Assembly (NCBI GenBank): GCA_051530055.1
Contig: CM121341.1
Location: 6,674,784 to 6,738,783, forward strand
DNA length: 64,000 nt
Direction of reading: 5' to 3'
Origin: Neoechinorhynchus agilis
Taxonomy: Eukaryota; Animalia; Acanthocephala
In this document: piece after piece, positions 1-10,746 of the stretch
Layout: every line of letters starts with the position of its first letter
How positions within the stretch are numbered: the stretch's first letter is position 1
The notes under the pieces: generated by a model
Told to the model about the DNA's origin: nothing
What the model saw: the letters and a program-made list of their open reading frames with translations, nothing else
Database searches by the model: none
Translations under genes and position numbers: made by a program

Positions 1-145
1 AGTGCAGTTTGGAGAGGTGAAATTCGCTGCTTGGTGTATTTAAACTAAAAAATAATAATTAGAGCTTGTGTTCTCGTAGTTCTGTTATCAAGCAGACCTC
101 ATTCATCTTTACCTTAGATAAATCACATCCTAATCAACCGTTATA

Positions 146-1712
146 ATGGATTACATTAGACAAACAGTCTTCATGGCAAAAGGGTTTTCTGAGTTCACAA
201 AGTAAGTGGTCCTTAATTTGGATTTATGTTAAATTCGCCTCTAGAGGTGGATTTCAACGGTCATCAAAGAAATTTAAGACGAATGAAGTAGTGGTTTATA
301 TGGCGGGTAAAAATGTTCTCATCACAGGAGCGAACTCGGGCATTGGATTTGAGACAGCCAAGGCTTTGGCGGCTGAAGGGGCTCGAATTCATCTCGTCTG
401 CCGAGATGCAGAAAGAGGGCGCACGGCTTTACTGGAAATTATGGCAAATTCTCATTCCGGAGTATCGCCTACGCTATCTCTCGCAGATCTATCCAAACCT
501 GAACAAATCATCGAGTTCTGTAAGAAGTTCGCGGGTGAAAATAAAGCATTAGATGTTCTCGTAAGTATTAAAAAATTTAAATGTCTTTTAAAAGAATCTA
601 TAAATTCATATATATTGGCGTTTCCGTTTCAGGATTCGCTAAATAATACGAAAAATTTAATGATCTTCATTAAAAGTTCGATAATTACACATTTAATCTT
701 CATAGATAAATAATGCCGGTTGTATGGTGGATAAATGGAGTTTAAGTGAGATTGGGAAGTTGGAAACAAATTTTTGTACAAACACGTTCGGTTCGTATAC
801 ATAATTTTTCTTCTAATATATTCGAACTCTCTTTAAGCACCATACGCCATAACGACGAAGCTTTTGCCACTTTTGAAAAAGTCCAAGGATCCGAGAGTGG
901 TAACCGCGATACGAGAATAATGATTTGATCTATCAAAGTACTTTAAGATTACCGTTTCATCTGGAGGGATGTATACGGAGAAACTGAATGTTGATGATTT
1001 CAATTCACATAATTCAACCTATAACTCGACAAAAGTTTACGCTCAAAACAAACGACAGCAGGTTGTTATGACCGAAAGGTTCGCTGGTCAACATCCGAGT
1101 GTTTTCTTCGCTACAATGCATCCCGGTTGGGCGGATACTCCAGGTATTAAATATATTCGATCTCCGCGCTTTCACAGTTAATTTTCTATGTTATTTTTGA
1201 TCGCCTTTAATGGTTTCTACACTTTTAGAAATCTGTTTCTTTGATATTTAAGCTTCCCAATTAAATCAATATTCTAAAGCACCTTTGAACTTAGCTTACA
1301 ATACATATTTTTAATTGCAGTTTTGAAATTCGGTGATTTTCGTCGTTGTTGTTTTTCGCTAAACAATATATCCTGATTTCACACTTAGCTGTCCGAACCA
1401 GCATGCCCAAATTTTACTCCAATCTAAAAAAATATTTACGATCACCAAGTGAAGGAGCGGATACCTTGGTTTGGTTAGTTAAACTCGACAATATAAAAAA
1501 GCAGTATCCGAATGGGATGTTTTTCTTCGGTGAGAATTAATGATTTACTATGGTGTATTATCTCGATTCTGTGTTTAGATAGAGAACCAGTAGCAAAGCA
1601 CTTGTGTTTTAGCAGAACTCAGTCCAATCCAGGAGACGAGGACAGGCTGATGCTTGAGCTGGAAACGATGCTTCGGAATATTGAATTTGAAATGAATAGC
1701 AATAACTCGTAG
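146..1712 (+). CDS. DHRS12: Short-chain dehydrogenase/reductase DHRS12-like, multi-exon
   Basis: Spliced translation: MDYIRQTVFMAKGFSEFTK|GGF..., TGANSGIG (Rossmann motif), INNAGCMV, ITVSSGGMY, VYAQNKRQQVVMTERF, MHPGWADTP, RSPSEGADTLVWL, DREPVAKHL. These are colinear with DHRS12 as I recall it. Canonical GT-AG introns include 202-244 and 561-705. Confidence 0.9.
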
Positions 1713-2019
1713 TGAGTTTTCGAATAAAAGATGTTGTGATTAGTAAACCACTTTAATGTCAAAAATGCGAATTTATTGTTTCAAGAAACGATTGGCGTTT
1801 TATAGTCAATAAAAAAGGTCATTTTAAATATCGAAAAGATAGAAAACTTGTTTGGACAACGATAATTATACAGTTTCTCGCCTATGGAGTTTTTAGATCT
1901 ATATGACCATATTGATATTCTGTTTAAACAAGCAACTATTTATTTTCTTACTAGATCACCACAGAAATGATCATAAGATATTCAGGTCAATAGACAAGTT
2001 CGCGCTTAGAATATTCTCA

Positions 2020-2220
2020 AATGTTTGAAGATTGAACTATTTATGTTTATTTATGGCATAAAAAATTAAAAGAATCTATTAGATCCGATTGTTTTGGAGC
2101 CACAATCTTGTACGCATTTATCAAGGTTTTTAAGGGCGAATATAACATTTAAACTCGTTTTGATAAAGACGTACAAGATTGTGCCGAAATATCGAATCTA
2201 ATAAATTCTTTTAATTTTTA
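2020..2220. mobile_element. Palindromic MITE-like element, family shared with 60280-60445
   Basis: Imperfect inverted repeat: aaaaattaaaagaatctattagatccgatt...cacaatcttgtacg versus cgtacaagattgtg...aatctaataaattcttttaattttt. The same arms occur at about 60.3 kb. Confidence 0.6.
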
Positions 2221-5044
2221 CGCCGTCGTTTATTTTTCCTGTGATTTGTGCTGCGTTCAACGTAAAATCGTTGAAATTGAAACTAACGATCGCCGCATGC
2301 ATCTTGGACCGATCGTTCACTTGTTCGGCTGGAATTTGAACTAGATCTCATCGAAAAGATTATCGATCCTGAAATTAATCACCAAGAGAAAATCCTTCGG
2401 GATGATAGAATTGAAGATGTTGTGATCATAAAGCCGGGCGAGGCTTGATCCAATAAAATGTATTTTTTCCGGCATTATGAAATTCTTTACTGGTATATTC
2501 AATTGCGCTTAATACTAAAGATTTATTATTTCTTGTCATGGTACTCCCAAGGTAGAACCTTAAACCACAATGAAAAATTAATGACTAAGAATCTAATAAT
2601 GATGATCACTAATTGTTTACATTGACAGACGACATTCGATTTATTGTAGCGAAGAAGAGAATTGTACTTTGCTTGCTACTAAAGTGGCCGTGGAATCTAA
2701 TTTGGTTGCGCAATGACTGAATCCGCATTGTTGTTTTCAGGCTTTTGTTGTAGGCTATCGAAAACTTTAACCGAATATAAGAAATCGATTGGTTTCACAA
2801 TGATCTTATCGGTTTATTAGTAATTCGTTATCATAAAATCACATTTTAATACAAATCTATTATTGTTAGGCGAAAAAAATCTCATTGACTCAAGATCTCA
2901 ATAAGAAAATGAAAAGTTCTCTCGATGATGATAGTTTTTATGAAAATAACTGGGCCATTTTGGAAGCATTTTAAAGCCTTGGTGGTATACAGGTTCTAAA
3001 GGGAAATAAGCTCTCAAGCAAGATTGAAGAATGTTTTTACCAAAAATCTAATTAGCTCTACGAAATAGCGCCATTTATTTTGTTGCATTCATTAGTGCAA
3101 GTTAAAATTTTAAAAGGTCTGCAATAACTTTCTCTTAAACGCCATTTTATTTCAGTTCGGCTTTTATTAAGGTAATGCGATTAGAAATCACGGTTCCTTT
3201 TTTATTTGACTGTTGTTTGTTTTCGTTTTTAAGGCTTGTGAGCCGGGAACAATTTTATGTCACACAATTGGAACGCTTGTAATGTTGGTTAAATACTGGA
3301 ATTAAAAAAAGGGGTGTTTGTTCAATGCGTCGATGGCGAAAATGCACTAGCGTTGTGGATAACACTTTTTTACGAATTCTAAAGGCGGTTATTTTTCCAT
3401 ATCTCGATTTTCCAATAATTCATCACGGTCACAAGGCTGGGTGTCAAGAAATTAATGCAAAATGAGTTCCATAAGAGCTTCCGAAACAATCGCCGATTCT
3501 GTACCGTAGACGTTTTTTCCAAAACGATGTTCTAAAACATTTTATACTTGGGTGAAAGTCTTGGTCTTGATGTTATGACTAAACTCTCGCCTTAAAGCGT
3601 AACAATACAAGATGTAGAGTCAAAAAGGAAAACTGTAAAAAGATACATTAAATCGTCTTTGACCGGAAAGCGAAATGAACAATGGAATGCCAAAGTCAGT
3701 AAGTTAACACTATTTTCAATCAGAAATGGTACATTTCCATAAAGTAACATTTGTTCGGATTTAGAGCATGAGAGATGTAGTTTTTTTAGTCCGGACACCT
3801 CTCGTCGCGCAAATTGAGTCCGAAAAAACCACTTCTACAATACTGTCTCAAACAAGTAATCGTGCATGACATTTTATTGTTCGCGTTTCGATTCTGGTTG
3901 ATATGAGAATGCTTAAATTCAAAGTGGCAGAACAAAAAAACGGGTTGGAATCTTATCTAGTGAAGGAATATCGGTCAATAATGGCGCTGAGATCCTAATT
4001 TTAATGGCATATATTCGTAGCCGATAAAGGATTTGTTACTATTTCTTAACGGAAGGATTTATTCGCAAGCTGGTGCGCTTGGTAAACTTGTAGTACGGGG
4101 TTATCAGAATTCGGGAACCTTCTCTTTATTCTATAAAAAGAGTAGTTGCTTATTGAAGTATTTGAGACCCTCAATGGTCATATAAAATAGAAAAAGGCAA
4201 CACTTTAAGTTTTATATTCGGAAATTGACACTTGGAAGAGGATAATGATAAAGAAAAACATTTATTTACGAGCTTTCGTCGTTTCTGAAGATGCTATAAG
4301 ACGGCAATAGCTTTCGAAAATAAAGCTCTTTTTTTATCATTTCCCAGTTACGAAGTATTCATTAAAAACTTGATCATGCGATTTAAAAATCAAGTACATA
4401 TTTCACATAATTCGGAAATGGTTCAATTAGATCACAGGAAGGCAAATGCAAAGAAGAAATGGCAAGAGCGAGTCGGAGCTTGCTTTTGTAGAACAAATCT
4501 TATAGGAAAGGTTATTGGAAAAAATCAATGGCAGTCTCAAATAAGTGCAGCATCTTCCAACCGATGAACATGGCGTTTGGGATCTTTCGAAGATGTGGGC
4601 ATCCTTATAGAACACCAAGGGGATCCCAGGCAAATTCTTAAAAAAAAGGCAAATTGATAAATTTCCCTGTGATCGACGGGGATTATTTTTAGAAGATAAT
4701 GGAGATTGACCGGAAAGCACACGAAATGCGATTTGACTTACATTCCTCGGGGATATCGGGTACAGAAGTTTATAATACGCCTTTTATCACCATCGCCACA
4801 AATAATCTCGTCCGCTTTGTTTTCAAAAAAACTTTGTGGCATACCGAATACCAGGCTAAAATATTTTTTAGGCTCGTAATTTCAGTGATGTGTGTTCCAT
4901 GAATCATTTGCATTTACGACATCGGAACAGAATACAAATTTAGTGGGTTTTTTGAACTTCGTTTTCATCTTTTTCCCTTTACCGAATTCGACCTTCAGAG
5001 TAAGTTTTTTTTTAAAAAGATTCATTTGAACTCTTTAGACAAGA

Positions 5045-5809
5045 ATGGAGATGGCCACCGATAAAAACCATTCGAGTACATCAATTCCAGGACAGTTGAC
5101 GACAAGTGAACAGAATTTTGTACCTCCAAATCTTGACATGGAGACCGATATTCTCAAAGAATCATTTGATAAGACAGCTCTCGTGAGACTGAGAAAACAA
5201 TTGGACATTGACATCGATGATAGGACCCTCGCAAGGTTCTTTATTGGTGCTGAATACGACGAAAAGATAGCTTTTAAGCGTATTCAGGAAAACGCTGAAT
5301 TTCGACGAATGCGGAAACCGCATGCCGTCCGGATCGAAGAAGTCGAACGATTGTTGAAAACGAACCAAGCTAGTATATTGGACAGTAAGGATAAATTGGG
5401 AAATAGCGTTGTCTACTGTCGATTTCATCTACACGATCCAACTCTTTATCCCCTTAATGAAGAATTTGAACAATACATTTTCTATGTTGTTGAGAACGCT
5501 ATCAAGTCATCAAATACGAGCCGGGTGACAGCTATTTGTGACATTGCCGAAGTGGGATGGAAAAATGTCAATCTTAAACTAATGCGAAGCAATATTCATT
5601 TGTATAATAATCATTATCCGGAAACACTGGGATTCTTGCTAATTCTAAGACCAGGATATATTTTTACTTATTTATTCAGAATCGGAAAACCTCTGCTAGG
5701 ACCACGGACAATCTCAAGGATACATCTTATAAATACCGAAACCGAACTTGAACATTTTATCGACCTTTCCATACTACCAAAGGACTGCTGCTTTGCCAAA
5801 AGCGAATAA
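5045..5809 (+). CDS. CRAL-TRIO (Sec14-like) lipid-binding protein, 254 aa, intronless CDS
   Basis: CRAL-TRIO_N-like DDRTLARFFIGAEYDEKIAF, plus ICDIAEVGWKN and NHYPETLGFLLILRPGYIFTYLFRIGKPLLGPRTISRIHL. A candidate 5'UTR intron lies at 5000-5038. Confidence 0.9.
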   Translation: MEMATDKNHSSTSIPGQLTTSEQNFVPPNLDMETDILKESFDKTALVRLRKQLDIDIDDRTLARFFIGAEYDEKIAFKRIQENAEFRRMRKPHAVRIEEVERLLKTNQASILDSKDKLGNSVVYCRFHLHDPTLYPLNEEFEQYIFYVVENAIKSSNTSRVTAICDIAEVGWKNVNLKLMRSNIHLYNNHYPETLGFLLILRPGYIFTYLFRIGKPLLGPRTISRIHLINTETELEHFIDLSILPKDCCFAKSE

Positions 5810-5884
5810 GTATAAAAGAAATTTTAAAACTTTACTGGATAAAATACATAATTTATTAGAAACAAAAACGCGCGACGTTTTTCC

Positions 5885-8164
5885 TTACACATTAGTCATT
5901 GTGGACACTTCACTATGTGGCACATCGACGAAACTGTAATCTCCTTTGTAGATACTCAAATTGCCAAAATGCCGTTGCTTCCTGTATCGAGATAGCCAAG
6001 GATTTTTAGCTAGCATCGTAAACAGGTAGAACCTGAACATAACTCGTCTCCTCATAAAGTATTTTGCCATTTCCCTATTTATCACTAAGCCACAATTTCC
6101 TCCACGTTGGAATTTTAGACGACTAACGAGGGCCTGTCGCTCGGACCGTTGATCAGCAATGCTGAGCTTTACCAAATCGCAAAACACTAGCACTGAAGGA
6201 TTCGTCTGCATTGATTCCAGATGAATCCAGCAGACGTAAGAAGAATATCCTTTGTCGTAGACCTCCAATCCTCGTCCAAAAATACTCTGATCGATTCTAG
6301 GGAGGAAGATAATCGATGCCAAGGCGGTCTGAGCGATTCTCGAAAAGCACACAACCATTCCAACAAAGCAGTCGAAGAAAAGGTTGAAGAAATTGAAGAT
6401 AAAGAGGAGTTGGGTATTGTGGATTTCTGGACTGTTCCCATAGTTTGAGGTGAACAAAGTATTGGTCAGTATTTTGATAAGGACGAGCTTAAGGACGAGA
6501 AGGACCGTCATAGGTAGCATTGAACGGACAATCAACTCAAAAACATTCACGACATTCATCAGATTTCTGAAGAAAACATAAAGAATGAACATCATTGAAA
6601 GGATAAGAACGTAACCCCAAATGACATATCCGATCATGAATCCTGGAAAATGAAGTGCTCTTGTAAGGACACTTCTATTTTTGAATTTTCGTCTTTCAGG
6701 AATATCCACGAATTTTCCTTTATAGGCGTTCAACAAACATCGACGATATTTCCTCATTCCCGCGATCAGCTGAACGCTACAAACTAAAGCGCAAATCACA
6801 TTAATAACGCGGAGATCCCGTACCATTTTTTGTCTTACTTTTTCTTCAAGATCAAAGACTTTGATTCCAGGAAATATTTGAATTAATGAATTGACTGTGA
6901 CGAACTGAAGGATACTATAGATTTCATCGATCACTTTTTGGGAGTTTTGTAATACCCAGAAGGAAAATTGGTAAATTAATGTAAATGAAATGAAATACAG
7001 ATGCAAGATTTGTTTTGAGAATTTGAAACTGATTTTTTGTCCTTTGTTCATTAATTGGTTAACGTGACGATACTCTGATTGAAGATCGTCGTCCTTTAGA
7101 AGCCAAGACACAAAAGATTGCTTGTTTGTTTTCCGTTTAAAGTCAATCAAAGTGGCGAAGAAGAGAACTGTGAGACGAATGGCGAGTATGCAAGAGTAAA
7201 AGTAGTACGGCATTTGTCTTAACATTTTTAACTTGAGTGCATCCTTGGAGAGTGGAAGACAACTCTGGCACATTGTTTCTCTTTTTTGAGAAACGTTTGT
7301 GAATGTTGCACTTAAATTATTGCTTTTAATTAAAAAAATCTGCCTTGATTTAGGACAATAAGCATCCATTGCTGTTTGAAAGAAGATCTCTGTCCACATA
7401 AACAATGCGCTTAATCCGTAACAAATAAAATTGTGCGGCCTAAGTTCAAGAGACATGAGAATCGGTAGATACCGAATTCCTATAAGAACGACTATTCCTG
7501 CTTGTCTGAAAAGATTTAAAAGCGGACCGTGGTCGTTTGTCGTAGTTATTATTAATTTCTCAAAGGAATGCAGCACTTCCAAAGCCAAGATTCCATAAAT
7601 GCACACCGAGTCGAAACGATTCGTTTTTGTAAAAGGATTGTAGACAAATCTTTTTGACATTCGTCCGCGACTTTCTGATCGCATTCGGATCATCTTGAGA
7701 GAACTGTACAAGGCCAGTATCAGAAATATTGGAAGGGTTATCTTATTGATTGGTGTTCTATAGAACTCAATGAGAGAATCGATTCGCGCAAAGGTGCATA
7801 TCGGCAGAAGTTCCAAATGATCATTGTTTGTTTTCTCCAATTGAATTCGTCTTGATTGGTAAATAAAAGTTATGCATAAAATCACAATCATCATTGACAT
7901 AAACATTGGCAAAGTCTTTACAAGTCCTCGCTTTAAATTTATAAAAGTAGTCCATCTTCGTGCATTCGGAATGCAGCCCTTTTCCTCGACGCGAGAATAA
8001 ATCTCGATTCTGGACGAAGGTTTCCTTCCGAATGATTCTGGAATTACACTGTAAACTTGTTTTTCGCTGCCCATTGCATCCATGAATAACTTATTGAACG
8101 TTTCTTTTCTGTGCTCGAATTGAGTCGCACCGAAACAACTGACGGGTACGTTTTTCGCGTCCAC
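5885..8164 (-). CDS. STRA6: STRA6/RBPR2-like multipass membrane protein, copy 1, intronless. ORF track starts at GTG; first in-frame ATG is at 8083.
   Basis: Multiple hydrophobic helices. C-terminal STRA6-family motifs: HFPGFMIGYVIWGY, PRIDQSIF..GLEVYDKGYSSY...LESMQTNPSVLVFCDL, and RVMFRFYLFTMLAKNPWLSRYRK. AATAAA on the minus strand at 5852-5857. Confidence 0.88.
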   Translation of the reverse strand: MDAKNVPVSCFGATQFEHRKETFNKLFMDAMGSEKQVYSVIPESFGRKPSSRIEIYSRVEEKGCIPNARRWTTFINLKRGLVKTLPMFMSMMIVILCITFIYQSRRIQLEKTNNDHLELLPICTFARIDSLIEFYRTPINKITLPIFLILALYSSLKMIRMRSESRGRMSKRFVYNPFTKTNRFDSVCIYGILALEVLHSFEKLIITTTNDHGPLLNLFRQAGIVVLIGIRYLPILMSLELRPHNFICYGLSALFMWTEIFFQTAMDAYCPKSRQIFLIKSNNLSATFTNVSQKRETMCQSCLPLSKDALKLKMLRQMPYYFYSCILAIRLTVLFFATLIDFKRKTNKQSFVSWLLKDDDLQSEYRHVNQLMNKGQKISFKFSKQILHLYFISFTLIYQFSFWVLQNSQKVIDEIYSILQFVTVNSLIQIFPGIKVFDLEEKVRQKMVRDLRVINVICALVCSVQLIAGMRKYRRCLLNAYKGKFVDIPERRKFKNRSVLTRALHFPGFMIGYVIWGYVLILSMMFILYVFFRNLMNVVNVFELIVRSMLPMTVLLVLKLVLIKILTNTLFTSNYGNSPEIHNTQLLFIFNFFNLFFDCFVGMVVCFSRIAQTALASIIFLPRIDQSIFGRGLEVYDKGYSSYVCWIHLESMQTNPSVLVFCDLVKLSIADQRSERQALVSRLKFQRGGNCGLVINREMAKYFMRRRVMFRFYLFTMLAKNPWLSRYRKQRHFGNLSIYKGDYSFVDVPHSEVSTMTNV

Positions 8165-8599
8165 GTGACCCGTAAATCGTTGGTTTTTTCACTTATTTTT
8201 GTGGAACATTCCATGATACGAAACTGAGAAAAACACTTATAATATTTGGGATCAGGCCATGACTCGATGCTTTGCATCGCTCAACTCCTAGAAAGGTTGC
8301 TGTTTTGCCTGGTTCTCAATAAATCCTTTTACGGCTTTGGAATAAACGACGCACAATGTCGATCATTGCGGCCCGGAGAAAGCATAACTCCTTTGCTGCT
8401 TTTCTAAAAGCCCTTAAAAATTATGCTCTGTGATTTGAGAAAATAATAACGACACATTTATTTGCACAAAGAATGGGAACCGAGTACCTTTGGACACTCT
8501 ACACATTTTTTGAATGAATGTTGATTTTGGAGTGGATAACAGGTTCGGTCGGGTTCGAAAGTTTATGGTTTTTGTTGGAGAGTTTGTGAGGTTGGGTCT

Positions 8600-9290
8600 T
8601 TCCTTCTGTTCATTTCGTGTTAAGATATCCGAGATAAGATTGGGCAGTAAGGAAAACGGAGCGGAGGTACAAATTATTGGAGGATGAAATGATTTGGGAT
8701 TACGAGTGTTGTGCTCATGTGAGAAGGGGACGACATGTGATGAGAGGATTTTTGATTGTTTTATGAAAATAGTATCATGGCATTCGGTGAGCGGGCGAAA
8801 ATCAGCTGTGCAAATTTTAGAGACTCTTCTGTGAAATGTTTAGAAACGACGGATTTGCGGTTTGGACAGGCCTCAAAGGACGGGATAGCCGTATGTGAGA
8901 AAGGAGGGTAAAATAAAGCTGATGTAAAATTTGGAGAGATCGGGAAAGGGACCTCTGAATGGTGGAGACGTTTTAGTTAGTAAATTTTAAGGGTATTGCG
9001 TTTGGGAGAGACTGAAATGTGCGAGTCCCGTGTCAAGTTTGATTGAAATTATCGACCCAGAATTCTGAGGAATGTGACTCGTTGGATGTCATTTTGAAGC
9101 TCGGGGTAGGATATGGGGTTGCGGGAGAGTGAGGGGATCATTTCGAAGCATTTGGAGAAGTTCAGATATAGACTACAATTGGTGCAGAATTCTTTGATGT
9201 GGATGATTTCGTTAGATGTTAAGGAGAGGTAGGATGGTAACATAAAGCGAAGTAAAATTTGGAACATGATACCCGAGAAGATCGGGCAGT
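8600..9290 (-). mobile_element. Decayed non-LTR retrotransposon (CR1/L2-like) RT C-terminal fragment, copy A
   Basis: Minus-strand remnants with stops: IKEFCTNCSLYLNFSKCFE, FYISFILPSFLTYGYPVL*GLSKPQIRRF, HEHNTRNPK. It is a diverged direct repeat of 9300-9960. Confidence 0.7.
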
Positions 9291-9299
9291 ATTGAAAAA

Positions 9300-9960
9300 G
9301 TAGCTAGATATGGGAAGGTGCGAGGTCAAGCTAGGATGAAGCGAATTGGAATTACGAGTGTTGGGCTCGTGTGAAAAAGTGAATAAAAGGTTACAAAAAT
9401 TGTGGCGGTAGAGTTGATAGGTGTTTTGTTTGTTTGACGAAAGTTTTATAAAGGCATTCGGTGAGAGTAGGAAAATCTGCTGTGCAAATTTTAGATTCTC
9501 TTCGATGAAACATTGCCGGCGAAGGGATTCTTAAATGGCGGAGACTTTGAGTAGGTAAATTTTAAAAGTATTACGCTTAAGGGAAAATGTAATGTGCGAG
9601 TTCCATTTCAGATTTGACTGAAATTGGAGACCAAGAATTCTGTAGGAGGTGACTCGTTGTTTATCGTTTTGAATCTCCGCGCAGGATATGGGGTTGCAGG
9701 AGATTGTGGGGATTATTTCGAAGCATTTAGAGAAATTCAGGTAGAGTTTGTGATTCGTGCAGAATTCTTTGATGCGGGTGATTTCGTTAGATTTTAAGTA
9801 GAGGGAGAGATGGGGGTGATATCGTCGCCATATAAGAAAAGCATAGAGTGACAGGAGAGAGGTTTAAGGAGGTTTAGGAAAATATTAAAAAGGATTGGTG
9901 ACCGCACAACAACATGAGGTACGCATTTGGTGAGGGAAACTTCAACAGCGATCCTTCTAG
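9300..9960 (-). mobile_element. Decayed non-LTR retrotransposon RT fragment, copy B
   Basis: CVPHVVRSPILFNIFLN...LFLYGDDIT (degenerate GVPQGS...LF...YADD), followed by IKEFCTNHKLYLNFSKC...RVTSYRILGLQFQSNLKWNSHI. Confidence 0.8.
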
Positions 9961-10746
9961 TCTCCGTCCAAGTTGATCAAATCTTTGCAGTCTGGCGAGA
10001 ATCTCGATGCATGGCTTTCGTGCAAGGATTACAGTACCATTCATCTGAGGAATGATAAGCAGTCCGCCCGGTTGTTTCTCTTAACCGCCCAATTGTATCC
10101 ATTGCACTGAGCATCTGCTTCAATTCATCCACTTCAGTCGTCTCCTTGTAGGACAGTAGTGCGTTGTCCACTTACCTCAGCTTAGCTTATTTTTCGGCAA
10201 TGTGTGGAAAAATATGCCCTCCTTCTATGAAAAGGAGAAAAAAATGTGGTGAAATATGTGGTGGTGGTGGTGGTAGTAAGGTTAAGATGTTTTTTGTTGA
10301 AAATCTCATAAAGACATTCGGTGAGTGGGGATAAATCGATTTCATTGTTCATTTCGATTGTTTTTGCTGTTCAAGGAAATTAAAAATCAATAAAGCGTTC
10401 ACAGGAGCAAGCATTTGACCCGTCTTTAATCAAAATGGTAAGTTTATACACCTTTGTCCAAAAAGTCAGACTTAATTTTTTGCTTTTTAGGGCAAAAGAA
10501 TTGTGTGCATCAGTAATTGCTTAACGGCGAGTAAATGTTTTGTTAGAGTACAAAATTAATAGGCAACGTGATCTCGTTGTTTAACTATTGTTTACTTTAT
10601 CACGGGTCGTATTTATCCAACGACAGCAAATAACCATTCTTGTTTAGAAACACGAGCAACCAAAATGAAGATAAGATTGAAGGAAACTCGCCTACTGAAA
10701 GTCCGTCCTTATTAAATGCTAAGCATCCCGTTCTCAAAGTTACTGT

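Noticed and set aside
2230-4900. Scattered 60-100 aa ORFs between DHRS12 and CRAL-TRIO
   Set aside because: I found no recognisable motif or consistent exon chain; a divergent gene or old TE cannot be excluded.
6187-6448. Short ORFs overlapping STRA6 (also 23362-23623, 8044-8277, 25219-25452)
   Set aside because: They are shadow or alternate frames of a long conserved CDS with no independent signal.
8084-8164. GTG start of STRA6 given by the ORF track
   Set aside because: Eukaryotic context makes the ATG at 8083 or an upstream exon more plausible; this needs cDNA.
9977-10171. 64-aa ORF with IGRLRETTG and WYCNPC
   Set aside because: It has only a weak echo of the CRE tail or a zinc finger, too short to call.
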